From Barthelona sp. PCE (taxonomy: Eukaryota): a stretch of 64,000 bases of DNA. The notes beneath the pieces were generated by a model, which had not been told where the DNA came from, did not search any database, and saw only the letters and a program-made list of their open reading frames with translations. Shown here in pieces: positions 11,803-21,549 of the stretch. A program made the position numbers and the translations under genes. Position 1 is the first letter of the stretch, and each line of letters starts with the position of its first letter. The stretch is taken from the NCBI GenBank assembly GCA_040285745.1, contig JAUFOR010000008.1, positions 1-64,000 of the forward strand. Reading direction: 5' to 3'.

Positions 11803-14800
11803 TATGAGGGGGGACGTCTATCTTCACGAAGTCAGTGTCGCCCTTCCACAAGCTTCCTGCTTGTACAGCCTTTGATTTGACAGGGAAAATTTTTTCCGGG
11901 TTGATGGTAATTTCGCACATTTCTTTCCATGGACGAACGAACTGCGATACCATACCCCACACGGGTGCAGATGGGAGAGGTTGTGGTAACTTCACTCTGA
12001 TAGTAACACCGGTCCTGAGGGCCGCTAGTAAAATAATTTCTAACGCCGCTGCTGCTGACTGGGCAGGGACCATCTGTTCGACTGTGTGGCTCTCTCTTCC
12101 GATCATATCTATCTCAAACTTCGGTTTAGAGCGGGGGACTGTGTATCTTATATCTTCCAGTCCCTCAACCACTGGTGTTGTATCAATTTTGTCTTCTTTC
12201 AGTTTTAAGAAGGGTGCCGTTAACTTGGGCAGTCCCTGTCGTCTCGATACGGGCATAAAAGCTAAATCGCTTTTAAATGTTTTTCGAAACAAGTTCATTG
12301 CCCGGATGCAGCCAACTGAGCGGCCGCTCTTGTCCTGTTTTGCTCTCGCTATGAGGGGGCTGGTATGGCCCGGCTCATAAGCGCTTGGGACGACAGAATT
12401 TAGAATTATAATCTCCTTTGGGGGAACGAGCTCTTGAAGGAATGTTCCCCTCGATTGTTTCCAGCAGACTGGCTCTCCACGTGAGGCCATGTCCGGAAGG
12501 TGATTAAGTACAGAGGGAACGTAAATCGCTTCCACAACAAGGTCCTTCTCTTGGCAGAATCTTGCCAAGGTCCGGGCAGCATCGTTGAGGACGGTATTGC
12601 GCGACGTTAGTTTGTTCGTCGCAGCTACCACATTAGTGTTATCGCAATACCAGACGAGATATCCATTGGATAGTTTGGACCCGAGGCTGTGCAGCATAGC
12701 CATCAGGGGTTCCATCTCCGCATGAGCGATCGACAGTTTTGTTTTCTGGATCGCTTTCGCTTTATCTTTTGCTGACAGCATGTTCAGCAAGTCGATGAGT
12801 TCATTCTTGGCAAGATCATTGCCGCCTACACTGCGAAGTAGCAGGTGCTCAAAACAGGTTTCGTCAACATCATCCGTTGCGAAAGCTGTGCCTGCGATAC
12901 CTATTTTCTCTTCACTTACAGCAGCGTCACTTATTAGGACCCACTTTTTTCTGGTGGAAAGAAGGGGTTGTGGTGGAAAATCGTGATCGGCTAAACTCGC
13001 AAGGGTACAAGCGAGGTGGTGTGCCTCGTTTGTACCGATGAATCCAAGTGGAGACCCGCTGGTAGGGTCTGTTGCCTTTGGCTGGGCCTCGATCTGGCCG
13101 TGTTCATGATGCTGGACCTCCTTCAGGTCTTGGTCGCCGATCGTGAGCGATCTCGTCATGAGCCACTTGGTTATTTTTCTAGGAATGCCATCTTTATCCT
13201 TTAGTGCTTCGTGTATGATGGCATTGATCGTAATGGCGGAGGCATGTAGCTTTCTGCTAGCCGCCCTAAACGCCGTGCACTTCGATGCAAGTTCTACGAA
13301 GTCTTTCAACGGGATTTCCTTGCATGATGTGAGCTTATGGGCCAGTTCTTGAGCCTTCAGCGCGATCTTACGGCAATTAGCATCACTTGGTGCTAATGCC
13401 ACTTTCATATTTGGATCGTCCGGCGATCCAAAGGTAGATGTGATGGTGAAACCTATCACATCTAATTTCTTACATGGTTCGACAGATTTTTTCTTGTTGA
13501 TAGTGATATCCAACCAGAAACAGATTAGCTTGAGCAGACGCATGGCGTCGCTAGCACTACGGTATCTGCCTCTTCGATCTGGGGATTGCCATCCGAAAAC
13601 ATCGTCTATGTAGGCCCATAGTTGGTAACCTAGAGCACGCATAGGTGCTAGGGCTAGGTTCATCAACGCTGAGAATATAGCGGGGCCAAACGTGACTCCG
13701 AAGCACAACTTTGTGCACCGGTAAAAGCCGCCGTTGAGGGAAAATGTAAAGAACTTTTGAAAGTCTTCCGCAATGGGGATGAGATGGAAGCCGTTGGATG
13801 CATCGATGGAGAACAAATCATCGTTCGGGTTTACCAGGTTAAATAACCGCACCTTGGGCAGTTCCATTGGGAACATGTTAAACATGTCGTTAATCGGGGT
13901 GCAATCAGTGATAATTCTTATATCACTTATTGAGACATCTTCGAAGCACTCCTCAATGTCTTCTCGACCGGCCCAGTCTTGGCTGAGGGCATCAATGGCC
14001 GATTGTTCGATGCCTTTGGGCACCACACCGATTTTAATAAAAGCTGTTTTTACGCCAACAGGGAGTTTCGACATTTCCGACACTGGGTCATGATCCAGCT
14101 TAACAAAGGCGTCGCTTTTTTCTATCTTTTCCTGTACTAGGAGGGAGATGCGTGATCCATCCTCAAACCAGTTTTCTTGTGGACCGTTAAACGGTTCTTT
14201 ACGGATTTGAGAAACGTTTTGATTGCTCATGACGTGATGGGCGCTTACTCCGTGCGTCAACATTGATTGAAGGTTGGTGGAATGGCCAACACTCAAGCCT
14301 GCGATTTTTGCCAAAATATCGATGCGTTGACGGGTTCGACGAGGCGCATATGGGCTCGTCTGTATCGTATGCTCCATGAATTCCTCTGCCTTGTCTAGAT
14401 CTATTTCTAGCTCCCGTATTTTTAGGCCGGGGATAGCGTCCATGAGAGACGCTGGCGGAGCTGGCTCAGCCCAACCAGATAGGTTGGGGGCCTGTATACC
14501 TACCGTCTCACTCGCTCTACGCTGGGGTTCCTCAATGCTGGCTGAGATTGGCCTGGCATTTTTCTGTACCGCAACGTTAAAGGCGGTTTTGAACCCCTCA
14601 GCACTCAGAGTAGGTTCTACTGGACCTACAACTGGGGAGACGCGAGGTTTTGATGGTGGTGGTGGAGGTGGCAACCCCTGAACAGGTTCTGGTGCGATAG
14701 TGTGGGATTTTAGGGCTGTGACGCGCGCTATGTCCATGTATAGGTCCCTATCGCGGATGGCAGCCGCTAAATCTGCCTTAAGTTTGGGGATAATGGCGCT

Positions 14801-14971
14801 TTTTTGTGCTTCAGCTTTACGCTTTCTGCGCTTTTGATCCTCCAAAAGATCTCGGATTTCGAGAAGGGTATCGTCGTGTGGGTCCAACGGCACCTCACAG
14901 TGCTGTGGCGACTCGACGCGGGTGGAAAGCCTCTCAACTGGGTTAGATTTACAAGCGAGAGACTCGTCATC
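11786..14971 (-). CDS. Pol of element A: reverse transcriptase + RNase H + degenerate C-terminal domain (frame open from the gag stop)
   Basis: RT: RIITDC, IDASNGFHLI, LCFGV, YIDD, INKKKS, VIGF. RNase H: ISDAA, HAEM, YCDN, NHLPDMASR. Confidence 0.93.
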   Translation of the reverse strand, partial: DDESLACKSNPVERLSTRVESPQHCEVPLDPHDDTLLEIRDLLEDQKRRKRKAEAQKSAIIPKLKADLAAAIRDRDLYMDIARVTALKSHTIAPEPVQGLPPPPPPSKPRVSPVVGPVEPTLSAEGFKTAFNVAVQKNARPISASIEEPQRRASETVGIQAPNLSGWAEPAPPASLMDAIPGLKIRELEIDLDKAEEFMEHTIQTSPYAPRRTRQRIDILAKIAGLSVGHSTNLQSMLTHGVSAHHVMSNQNVSQIRKEPFNGPQENWFEDGSRISLLVQEKIEKSDAFVKLDHDPVSEMSKLPVGVKTAFIKIGVVPKGIEQSAIDALSQDWAGREDIEECFEDVSISDIRIITDCTPINDMFNMFPMELPKVRLFNLVNPNDDLFSIDASNGFHLIPIAEDFQKFFTFSLNGGFYRCTKLCFGVTFGPAIFSALMNLALAPMRALGYQLWAYIDDVFGWQSPDRRGRYRSASDAMRLLKLICFWLDITINKKKSVEPCKKLDVIGFTITSTFGSPDDPNMKVALAPSDANCRKIALKAQELAHKLTSCKEIPLKDFVELASKCTAFRAASRKLHASAITINAIIHEALKDKDGIPRKITKWLMTRSLTIGDQDLKEVQHHEHGQIEAQPKATDPTSGSPLGFIGTNEAHHLACTLASLADHDFPPQPLLSTRKKWVLISDAAVSEEKIGIAGTAFATDDVDETCFEHLLLRSVGGNDLAKNELIDLLNMLSAKDKAKAIQKTKLSIAHAEMEPLMAMLHSLGSKLSNGYLVWYCDNTNVVAATNKLTSRNTVLNDAARTLARFCQEKDLVVEAIYVPSVLNHLPDMASRGEPVCWKQSRGTFLQELVPPKEIIILNSVVPSAYEPGHTSPLIARAKQDKSGRSVGCIRAMNLFRKTFKSDLAFMPVSRRQGLPKLTAPFLKLKEDKIDTTPVVEGLEDIRYTVPRSKPKFEIDMIGRESHTVEQMVPAQSAAAALEIILLAALRTGVTIRVKLPQPLPSAPVWGMVSQFVRPWKEMCEITINPEKIFPVKSKAVQAGSLWKGDTDFVKIDVPPHSEETL

Positions 14972-15252
14972 TCACTTTCTCCTGCTTCGCCGCGGTCTCC
15001 TAGGTTGCTTATACTTGGAGACGCCCTTGGGGGACAACGCGTCAATGAACAGCGTCGGGCGGCCGGGGAGGTGTCTTACGAGGAAATTTATCTCATTCAC
15101 ACAACTTGCAATAGCTGAGGCGTCGGTTTCCGAGATTCTTTCCAAGGCCTTCATGTAATCAGAGTTTCTATGGCCGATCCAGAGGCTGATGGCGGTGAGC
15201 ATGACGGGGCGAGTTTCCTCCGAGACTTCGTCGCTGCCTATGACTGCCATCA
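14972..15252 (-). CDS. 3' part of the element A gag-like ORF1
   Basis: Joins in frame to 21864-22143 when element B is removed (HCILDL-MAVIGS). Basic C-terminus KQPRRPRRSRRK. Confidence 0.85.
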
Positions 15253-15387
15253 TCTTGTTGCCCCTGGCTGTCTGTTGATGTCTACTGAGAGTAAAGAAGA
15301 CGAGAAAGAGGTGGAAAACGTAGATTTACGTTTCTTCCCTCTTTTGAGACTTATTATTTTATTTATTTTAAGGAATCGATACGAAAG

Positions 15388-16413
15388 ATGTACGATTTTA
15401 GTGGAGATGGACGTGCAGTGGCAAGATTTCTGCACGAGACGATATTGGAAAATTCAAATGAAAAAGATTTCATTGTGCGTGCTTTACGCATGTTTTCGAT
15501 TAAATACAGGAGGACTACCGATAGTGTCCTTAAGGAACATATTGAGGATGTCCTACTCAAGCTCCTTCCACTCTGTTTGAAAGCTCCTGCATGCTCTAAG
15601 AAGATTGGAGAGTTGGTGGCTAAAGATGATGTTAAGCAACAAAGTGGTAGGGAGGACAAAGTAGTGTCGGAAGTATTTGTAACTGAATTTTTCGATTCTT
15701 TAAAGGAGAATTGTGCTGACCAGGATGTCGGTACTGCTACGTCCTTTAAAGCCGTTGCTGAGACGATTGATATGCTACGGTTTACGTTCCCCTATGAAGA
15801 TCCAAAGGGTGAAGAACATGAGAGGACTATTGTTATTGAGAACCATAAATCGGAGGCCGAACATATTGAAACGTTAGGGAGTTTCTTCTCATTATCGCTG
15901 GATAAGGAGACTTTGCCGCCGATTGGAGAGATTCAAAAGTGCGTCGAGAGCTTAGGTGCTATGAATCCTATTAGGATGGCTTGGGATGGTAAATCTGTAC
16001 GAGATCTTGCTGCCAAGAAGTTGGTGTCATTTGATGACAAGATCAACAAGCATCTGAATAGGATTACGACGTTTAATGGATATATCGCAGATATTATGGC
16101 TGATGTGTTGAAGAATGATTATTTCGATGATAACGATCAGCTTATAAGTTTCATGAAGATGATGTTGTGCCCGAAGACATGGGTCACCATTTTTGCGCAG
16201 GAGGCTATTTATCACCCTGAGCGAATCGAGGGTAGGGCTCAAGAGGCTGCTAACCAGATGGCTTGGGATTTCTTTAAGTCAATTCGGGAGAAAGCTGGCA
16301 TTTTTGAGGAAGAATTTGTTAGCAAACCGAGGGTTAATAACAAACCTCGTTCGAATGTTGTCCATAAGACCTCATCTACTAAGACTTCATCTAAGTCTAA
16401 AGGTGGTAAATGA
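15388..16413 (+). CDS. gag-like ORF1 of element B (341 aa)
   Basis: First ORF after A1, with a basic C-terminus. Assigned by position; no CCHC knuckle seen. Confidence 0.8.
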   Translation: MYDFSGDGRAVARFLHETILENSNEKDFIVRALRMFSIKYRRTTDSVLKEHIEDVLLKLLPLCLKAPACSKKIGELVAKDDVKQQSGREDKVVSEVFVTEFFDSLKENCADQDVGTATSFKAVAETIDMLRFTFPYEDPKGEEHERTIVIENHKSEAEHIETLGSFFSLSLDKETLPPIGEIQKCVESLGAMNPIRMAWDGKSVRDLAAKKLVSFDDKINKHLNRITTFNGYIADIMADVLKNDYFDDNDQLISFMKMMLCPKTWVTIFAQEAIYHPERIEGRAQEAANQMAWDFFKSIREKAGIFEEEFVSKPRVNNKPRSNVVHKTSSTKTSSKSKGGK

Positions 16414-19400
16414 GGAACGGCCAGTGGTTCGTCTGGTTCGTGTAGTAAATCAGCGAAATCACAAGGCCTTAAATTTAAACCCCCTGATATTAAATCTAAC
16501 CCCCCTGAGCCGCAGAGCTCTAACGTCCCCTGTGCTGCTTGTACTGATAGGGTTGCTAGGATGGAAAGACAAATCCTGAAGAACAAAATGGACGTTGAAT
16601 TTATTAGTAACTCGTTGTGTGAAGCTTCATTGAAGTTATGCGATGATTCAATGGCGTGCCATGCCCTCCATGACCCTGGTGGTTGTGTTGAGAAGGAAAA
16701 GAAGCCCTCAGTTGCAGTGCAGAAGGATCTTAAAAAATCCGTGATTTTGCACGATAATAAGAAATTGATTGGCCAGAGACCCTTGTTCATTGCTCCTGAC
16801 ATTGCTAATAGTGATTGTAATGCTAGAACTCGCGGCACAGATAATTTTTCTAAGGTTCTCCTTAAAGGTTGTTCGTGCGATGATGATATTGCTCCTCCCG
16901 TGCGTAAACCGATTGGCAAACCCAATTGTGCTGGTAAGATTGCGAAGCCTCTTGTTGCTAAGAAGATTGTAGAAAAGCCCGTTAAAAAGGCTGTGATACC
17001 GTCCACGCCGGATAAAGAAGCGAAACCTGTGAAAAACCCGATACCGAAACCTGTTCCAAAGAAGGTTAAGAAGAAAAAGCCGAAATTGAAAGAAAGAAAG
17101 CATAAAGTGCCGTTATCGAAGTTTCCAGCTATTGAAGAGAGCAAGGTATTGAAGAAGCTTGATAAGATGGAGAAGACTGTCGATAAACTAACGAAAGCAA
17201 TTACCGGCAAGAAAGAACCCCATCTCGTTACGGTTAAGGATCCTTCCATTATGAAAGATCCTCCTATCATTGAGAAGGACACTTCTCCCCCTGATGACAG
17301 TGACTCCCAACTGTTTGTTAAGGATGACAGTGGCTTATTGTCTTTAGACCCGAAGACTGAGGCGTTTGATGATGAATTGGCTAGAATCAATGATATGAGT
17401 AAGACGTTACCTGCTACTATGAAGAGACCATCTGCTGCAGTACTGGGTACGAAGGAAAAACGTCAATATTTTGATGATGAAAACGTGCTGCTCTTAGATA
17501 GTAGCCCTGATGACTTGTTTACCTTACCGTTTCACTCAAAATTCTGGAGATTGATATTGAAACTATATATTCGTCAATCACATGACGGTTTCGTCGCTGA
17601 CCTGACAGAACGAGGAAGAGAGGTATACCGCGCCTATAGGGGCGGTCCCGATCAGGATTTGCATGTCCCGTTTCCGAGACCCGGCCCAGGAGCTGCTCCT
17701 GGTTGTGCTCTTAATTTCCAAAGTCAGTTAGCTTACTTGACTGTCGTAATGGGTGGAAAATTTTCTCCTTCAATGACATTTGCTATGGAAATTTTGAAAC
17801 CTCTGGATGATCACCGTTCGTTCTTTAAGTATCCGGAACAAGCTAAAATTCTTGAGCTCTTTGCGAAACGTGCTGGTGTTTATTCCTCAAAAACGTTTGA
17901 CAGGTTACTGTTGAAGAATACTGAGGATTTCTTGGACATGGATAAGCTTCCTGCTTTGAAAACGAAAGCTCAGGAGATACTCAGTGACATTGACAACTAT
18001 GATGACAACTGGATCGATGACGACCGTGTTGCTGAGGTAAAAGAGAAATTGCTGGCGGACATGGTTAAAGTTGATCCCAGCGATTACCATAAGATAAATG
18101 CTATTAACAGGATTGGCTCAGTTAAGAAAGGTGTTGACGGAGTGCGTCAGATATTTGACTCTTCTGCTGCCGGCGGTGTTCATGAGGTAAGCAAACACTT
18201 TATTTTTTCCCCATTCAAGATTGATGAACTTGCATTGATCCCAAGGGGTTCTTACCTTGCTAGTATCGACCTTAGCTCTAGTTTCCTGCACTTTGATATG
18301 TCTAAGAACATGGATATCGCTAATTGTATGGCTTGTATTATTGATGGTGAAGTTTATGTGGCTGATCGTGCACCATTTGGTGCCGTGATTAGTAACAACC
18401 TCTTATGTACGTTGACTGGATTGTTAACTGCAATAATGAACAACTTTGATTTTCCTTTTGTTAGTTATGTCGATGATACTCTTGCTTTTGGTACTGAATC
18501 GCAGGTCACACGTGCTATTCAGACATACACAACGATTTGCAAACTGATTGGTCTGAAAGTTAATGACGAAAAATCAGTTACATCCCCAGCTGCTTCGGTT
18601 GATTTCTTAGGCTTTACTATCAAGTCAAACCCCGAGAACCGCGACGATCACATCAAGATTCGCCTATGCGAGAAGAGAAAGTTGAAAATGATTGAAGAAT
18701 GCAAAACGACTTTCTACACACTCTTCGGTTCTACTAAGGTTGCTGGAGGCTTCATTGTCAATGAGAATGTTACGCCTTTCGTTGAAGACCCTGACTCCCT
18801 GGAGAAGGAAGAGCTAGAATCGACCCTTGGTGATGATGTTGTATTGAAAGACGACGATGGTAAGTATATTGTGCCATCCTTATATGACATACAACGTCTT
18901 ATAGGGTTATTTGAATCTGCTGAAATATTGTCAACATTGTACACGATGGTGGCATCTCAACTCCGCGAACTTGTGCGAGATAACGTAAGATTCCACAAGA
19001 AGATCGGCGTGGATAGCAAAGTACCTGTGTTAACTGCTGAGGAAATGAAGAGATTACATGTTAAAGTACACAAATTTAGTATACTGAATGCAATCGCACA
19101 CGTCTTTGATTCTGAGTTATACCATAATGATTTCAAGGAGACTCGCATACGTTCGATGGACTTTACTACGTTTTCGGATGCTAGATTGAATGACTCAGTT
19201 GAAGGATACTCGGCTTTAATTTTTGATATGCATACTCTTGAGTGTAAGGGAATGTTCGCTGAGAGTGATGTGAAACCTGGCGATATGCATAGGAACGTTA
19301 AGGCTGAGACTGACAGCTATACGATCGCTGCTGCAGAGCTAAATCCGATTCTAAGAATGATTTCACTTAAAGCAGAACAATTGAGTAATTGCGGTGTTCG

Positions 19401-21549
19401 TGTTGTAACTGATAACACTGTAGTTGCATACAACTTGAGATCCTTGATGGCCCCAAGGAAGGGTGCACCTCCTGAGCTGAAGGCTGCCCTTATGGACTTA
19501 TTCGAAATTTGTTATTCTAATAATATTACTATCCGTGTTGCGTACATACAGAGCGGCAAGAACTTGGTTGCTGATTACTTGTCACGCGGAATTACAGTTA
19601 ATTATGATGAATTTATAAGTTTAGTTGGAAAGATGGATATACCTACTCTTATTCTAATTGAAAAAGGTATTCCTCCAACCTTTTCGTCACCGTTGTTGTT
19701 TGATGGTTTACCTGTCGCTGATGGTGTGTCAACCAAGGGTCTATCTAAGCGCCATAAACAGATGATGATGGCCGAGATCCAGTATGGTTACAAATTTTCT
19801 GATATCGGTCCTTACCGAGGTGTTCCTGGCGAGGGCACCAAGCAGGCCTTTATGCAGAATGAACTCGCTGGTTGTATGAAGGATGTGTACTTAACTAAGG
19901 ATGAGATCCAATTACAGATCACGGCTGGGAATCCGGTCATTTCAAAAATTGATATTTTCAATTCTTTCTTAGAGTACTCACAATTTACTGTATCGTACCG
20001 CAAGGAAGGAGAAGCACGTAGTACTTCTGATGATATTACCGTGAACCACATGTCTGTCCACGACGTGATTACACATGCTTGTTTTTCGGCTACTAGATAT
20101 AACAGTGTAATTAAGATCAGGTTCTCTGAACCCTGCCCATTTTCAGCTGCTTGGGCATTACATGAGGTGCGAATGATTGAATCTGATGGTGTCCAGAAGT
20201 TTGAGATGACGATCGATCCTGAATTTTCGGTTCATGCGTCGTCGAAGAGTACTGACCTTGGGTACTCAGGGGTTCCTACTAACCAGAGAGTTGTACGTAA
20301 GGAACTGATTCCTACTAAGAAGATTCTCCCCCCATTTAGTATTTCGAAATTTGAAGAATATGTCGACCAATTTTATCCCCCATCAAGAGCGAAAAGGATG
20401 GCCTCGAGAATTAAACTGTTTATCAAGTGGGTAATTGCCCGCTACAAGCTACCTAACGCAGTTATTGCGAGGAGATACTTGACAATCCACTATATTACCA
20501 AATTTATACATGCTAAATACCTTCAGTTGAAGAATGTAACATTACGCAATGGCAAAACGAAGCAGTTTACGATGGTAAAACAGAGTACAGTTTTAACTTA
20601 CATCACTTCTCTGAAAGAAGCTGTTGTGGTGTATTTACACTTGTTCTGGGGAAAGGAATTAGAGTATGACCATGCATGTAAGCTGTTAATGAACTGTACA
20701 AAGAATTTTTATAAGAAACATGAAGAGCCCCCTACTGGCATGCGTATTGCCTGTGGAAAGACTACTGTTTTGGTTACTGCTAACGAGCTTGTTAAACAGT
20801 TGTTAATGGAACTTGATGATGAGGATGATGCTATTGATAGGTGTGCCCGCTGTCAATATTATATTGTCGTGCTGGGTATCATGGGCATACTGTTTAACTT
20901 TGCTGCCCGACCTAGCGACCTTAAGTATATTGCAAGAGGTAGTATAAGGTGTGATATTAACAATCCTACCGTTTCGTACCGTAAGACTAAGACTACTAAT
21001 CCTGGAAGGAAGGATGTTACCCTAATTGGCAACCTTTCTAATGATATGGTCCTTAAAAAGTGGATTAAGGCGATGTGTGACTTAATCAACGATACTAGCG
21101 ATTCGGACCTGCTATTTGGAGAAGATGCGTCAGTTATATTATGTGATCGTTATGTTGCAACGGTGAATGAAGCTCTTCAAACGATAAAAGATCATTTAGG
21201 TATTTTATATGATCAGTACATCGAAGATGGTGCTGATAGTATGGGACTAGCTCCAGATAAAGCTCTGGTTGATGCACACAGCTTTAGAGCTGGCCGTACC
21301 GTCGAATGGCTAAATTCAGGAATTGATACCAATGAGCTGGTTAAATGTGGCCTTTGGGCTTCATCGGTATCTCCTGAGGAACACTACAATGTTCCATGGT
21401 TGCTAGAACCGCCCAATGCTGAGTTTACGAGTGAAATAGAAGAAGAAACGAATACCCTACTTGAGTCCATTATGGATGGGTGTAGGTACGAGGTACCTGC
21501 GTCCTCAGTAGGCTCGTCTTCTTCTGAATCCCACTCTGAAACTCAGTAA
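16414..21549 (+). CDS. RT-RNase H-tyrosine recombinase polyprotein of element B (first ATG 16561, 1662 aa; frame open from the gag TGA)
   Basis: RT: RQIFD, IDLSSSFLH, APFG, YVDD, VNDEKS, FLGF. RNase H: FSDA, AAEL, VTDN, NLVADYLSR. YR: AARPSDL, KTKT, HSFRAG, GLW, EHY. Confidence 0.95.
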   Translation, partial: GTASGSSGSCSKSAKSQGLKFKPPDIKSNPPEPQSSNVPCAACTDRVARMERQILKNKMDVEFISNSLCEASLKLCDDSMACHALHDPGGCVEKEKKPSVAVQKDLKKSVILHDNKKLIGQRPLFIAPDIANSDCNARTRGTDNFSKVLLKGCSCDDDIAPPVRKPIGKPNCAGKIAKPLVAKKIVEKPVKKAVIPSTPDKEAKPVKNPIPKPVPKKVKKKKPKLKERKHKVPLSKFPAIEESKVLKKLDKMEKTVDKLTKAITGKKEPHLVTVKDPSIMKDPPIIEKDTSPPDDSDSQLFVKDDSGLLSLDPKTEAFDDELARINDMSKTLPATMKRPSAAVLGTKEKRQYFDDENVLLLDSSPDDLFTLPFHSKFWRLILKLYIRQSHDGFVADLTERGREVYRAYRGGPDQDLHVPFPRPGPGAAPGCALNFQSQLAYLTVVMGGKFSPSMTFAMEILKPLDDHRSFFKYPEQAKILELFAKRAGVYSSKTFDRLLLKNTEDFLDMDKLPALKTKAQEILSDIDNYDDNWIDDDRVAEVKEKLLADMVKVDPSDYHKINAINRIGSVKKGVDGVRQIFDSSAAGGVHEVSKHFIFSPFKIDELALIPRGSYLASIDLSSSFLHFDMSKNMDIANCMACIIDGEVYVADRAPFGAVISNNLLCTLTGLLTAIMNNFDFPFVSYVDDTLAFGTESQVTRAIQTYTTICKLIGLKVNDEKSVTSPAASVDFLGFTIKSNPENRDDHIKIRLCEKRKLKMIEECKTTFYTLFGSTKVAGGFIVNENVTPFVEDPDSLEKEELESTLGDDVVLKDDDGKYIVPSLYDIQRLIGLFESAEILSTLYTMVASQLRELVRDNVRFHKKIGVDSKVPVLTAEEMKRLHVKVHKFSILNAIAHVFDSELYHNDFKETRIRSMDFTTFSDARLNDSVEGYSALIFDMHTLECKGMFAESDVKPGDMHRNVKAETDSYTIAAAELNPILRMISLKAEQLSNCGVRVVTDNTVVAYNLRSLMAPRKGAPPELKAALMDLFEICYSNNITIRVAYIQSGKNLVADYLSRGITVNYDEFISLVGKMDIPTLILIEKGIPPTFSSPLLFDGLPVADGVSTKGLSKRHKQMMMAEIQYGYKFSDIGPYRGVPGEGTKQAFMQNELAGCMKDVYLTKDEIQLQITAGNPVISKIDIFNSFLEYSQFTVSYRKEGEARSTSDDITVNHMSVHDVITHACFSATRYNSVIKIRFSEPCPFSAAWALHEVRMIESDGVQKFEMTIDPEFSVHASSKSTDLGYSGVPTNQRVVRKELIPTKKILPPFSISKFEEYVDQFYPPSRAKRMASRIKLFIKWVIARYKLPNAVIARRYLTIHYITKFIHAKYLQLKNVTLRNGKTKQFTMVKQSTVLTYITSLKEAVVVYLHLFWGKELEYDHACKLLMNCTKNFYKKHEEPPTGMRIACGKTTVLVTANELVKQLLMELDDEDDAIDRCARCQYYIVVLGIMGILFNFAARPSDLKYIARGSIRCDINNPTVSYRKTKTTNPGRKDVTLIGNLSNDMVLKKWIKAMCDLINDTSDSDLLFGEDASVILCDRYVATVNEALQTIKDHLGILYDQYIEDGADSMGLAPDKALVDAHSFRAGRTVEWLNSGIDTNELVKCGLWASSVSPEEHYNVPWLLEPPNAEFTSEIEEETNTLLESIMDGCRYEVPASSVGSSSSESHSETQ

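Noticed and set aside
16411-16413. TGA reassigned as a sense codon genome-wide
   Set aside because: Long ORFs use TGG and contain no internal TGA, and TGA terminates the CRE ORF and the A YR.
16474-16480. TTTAAAC -1 slippery heptamer
   Set aside because: It lies after the gag stop and would shift from a frame gag does not use. There is no equivalent in element A.
16239-17390. 383-aa antisense ORF
   Set aside because: It is the shadow of the Pro/Lys-rich pol N-terminus, has no motifs and is explained by codon bias.
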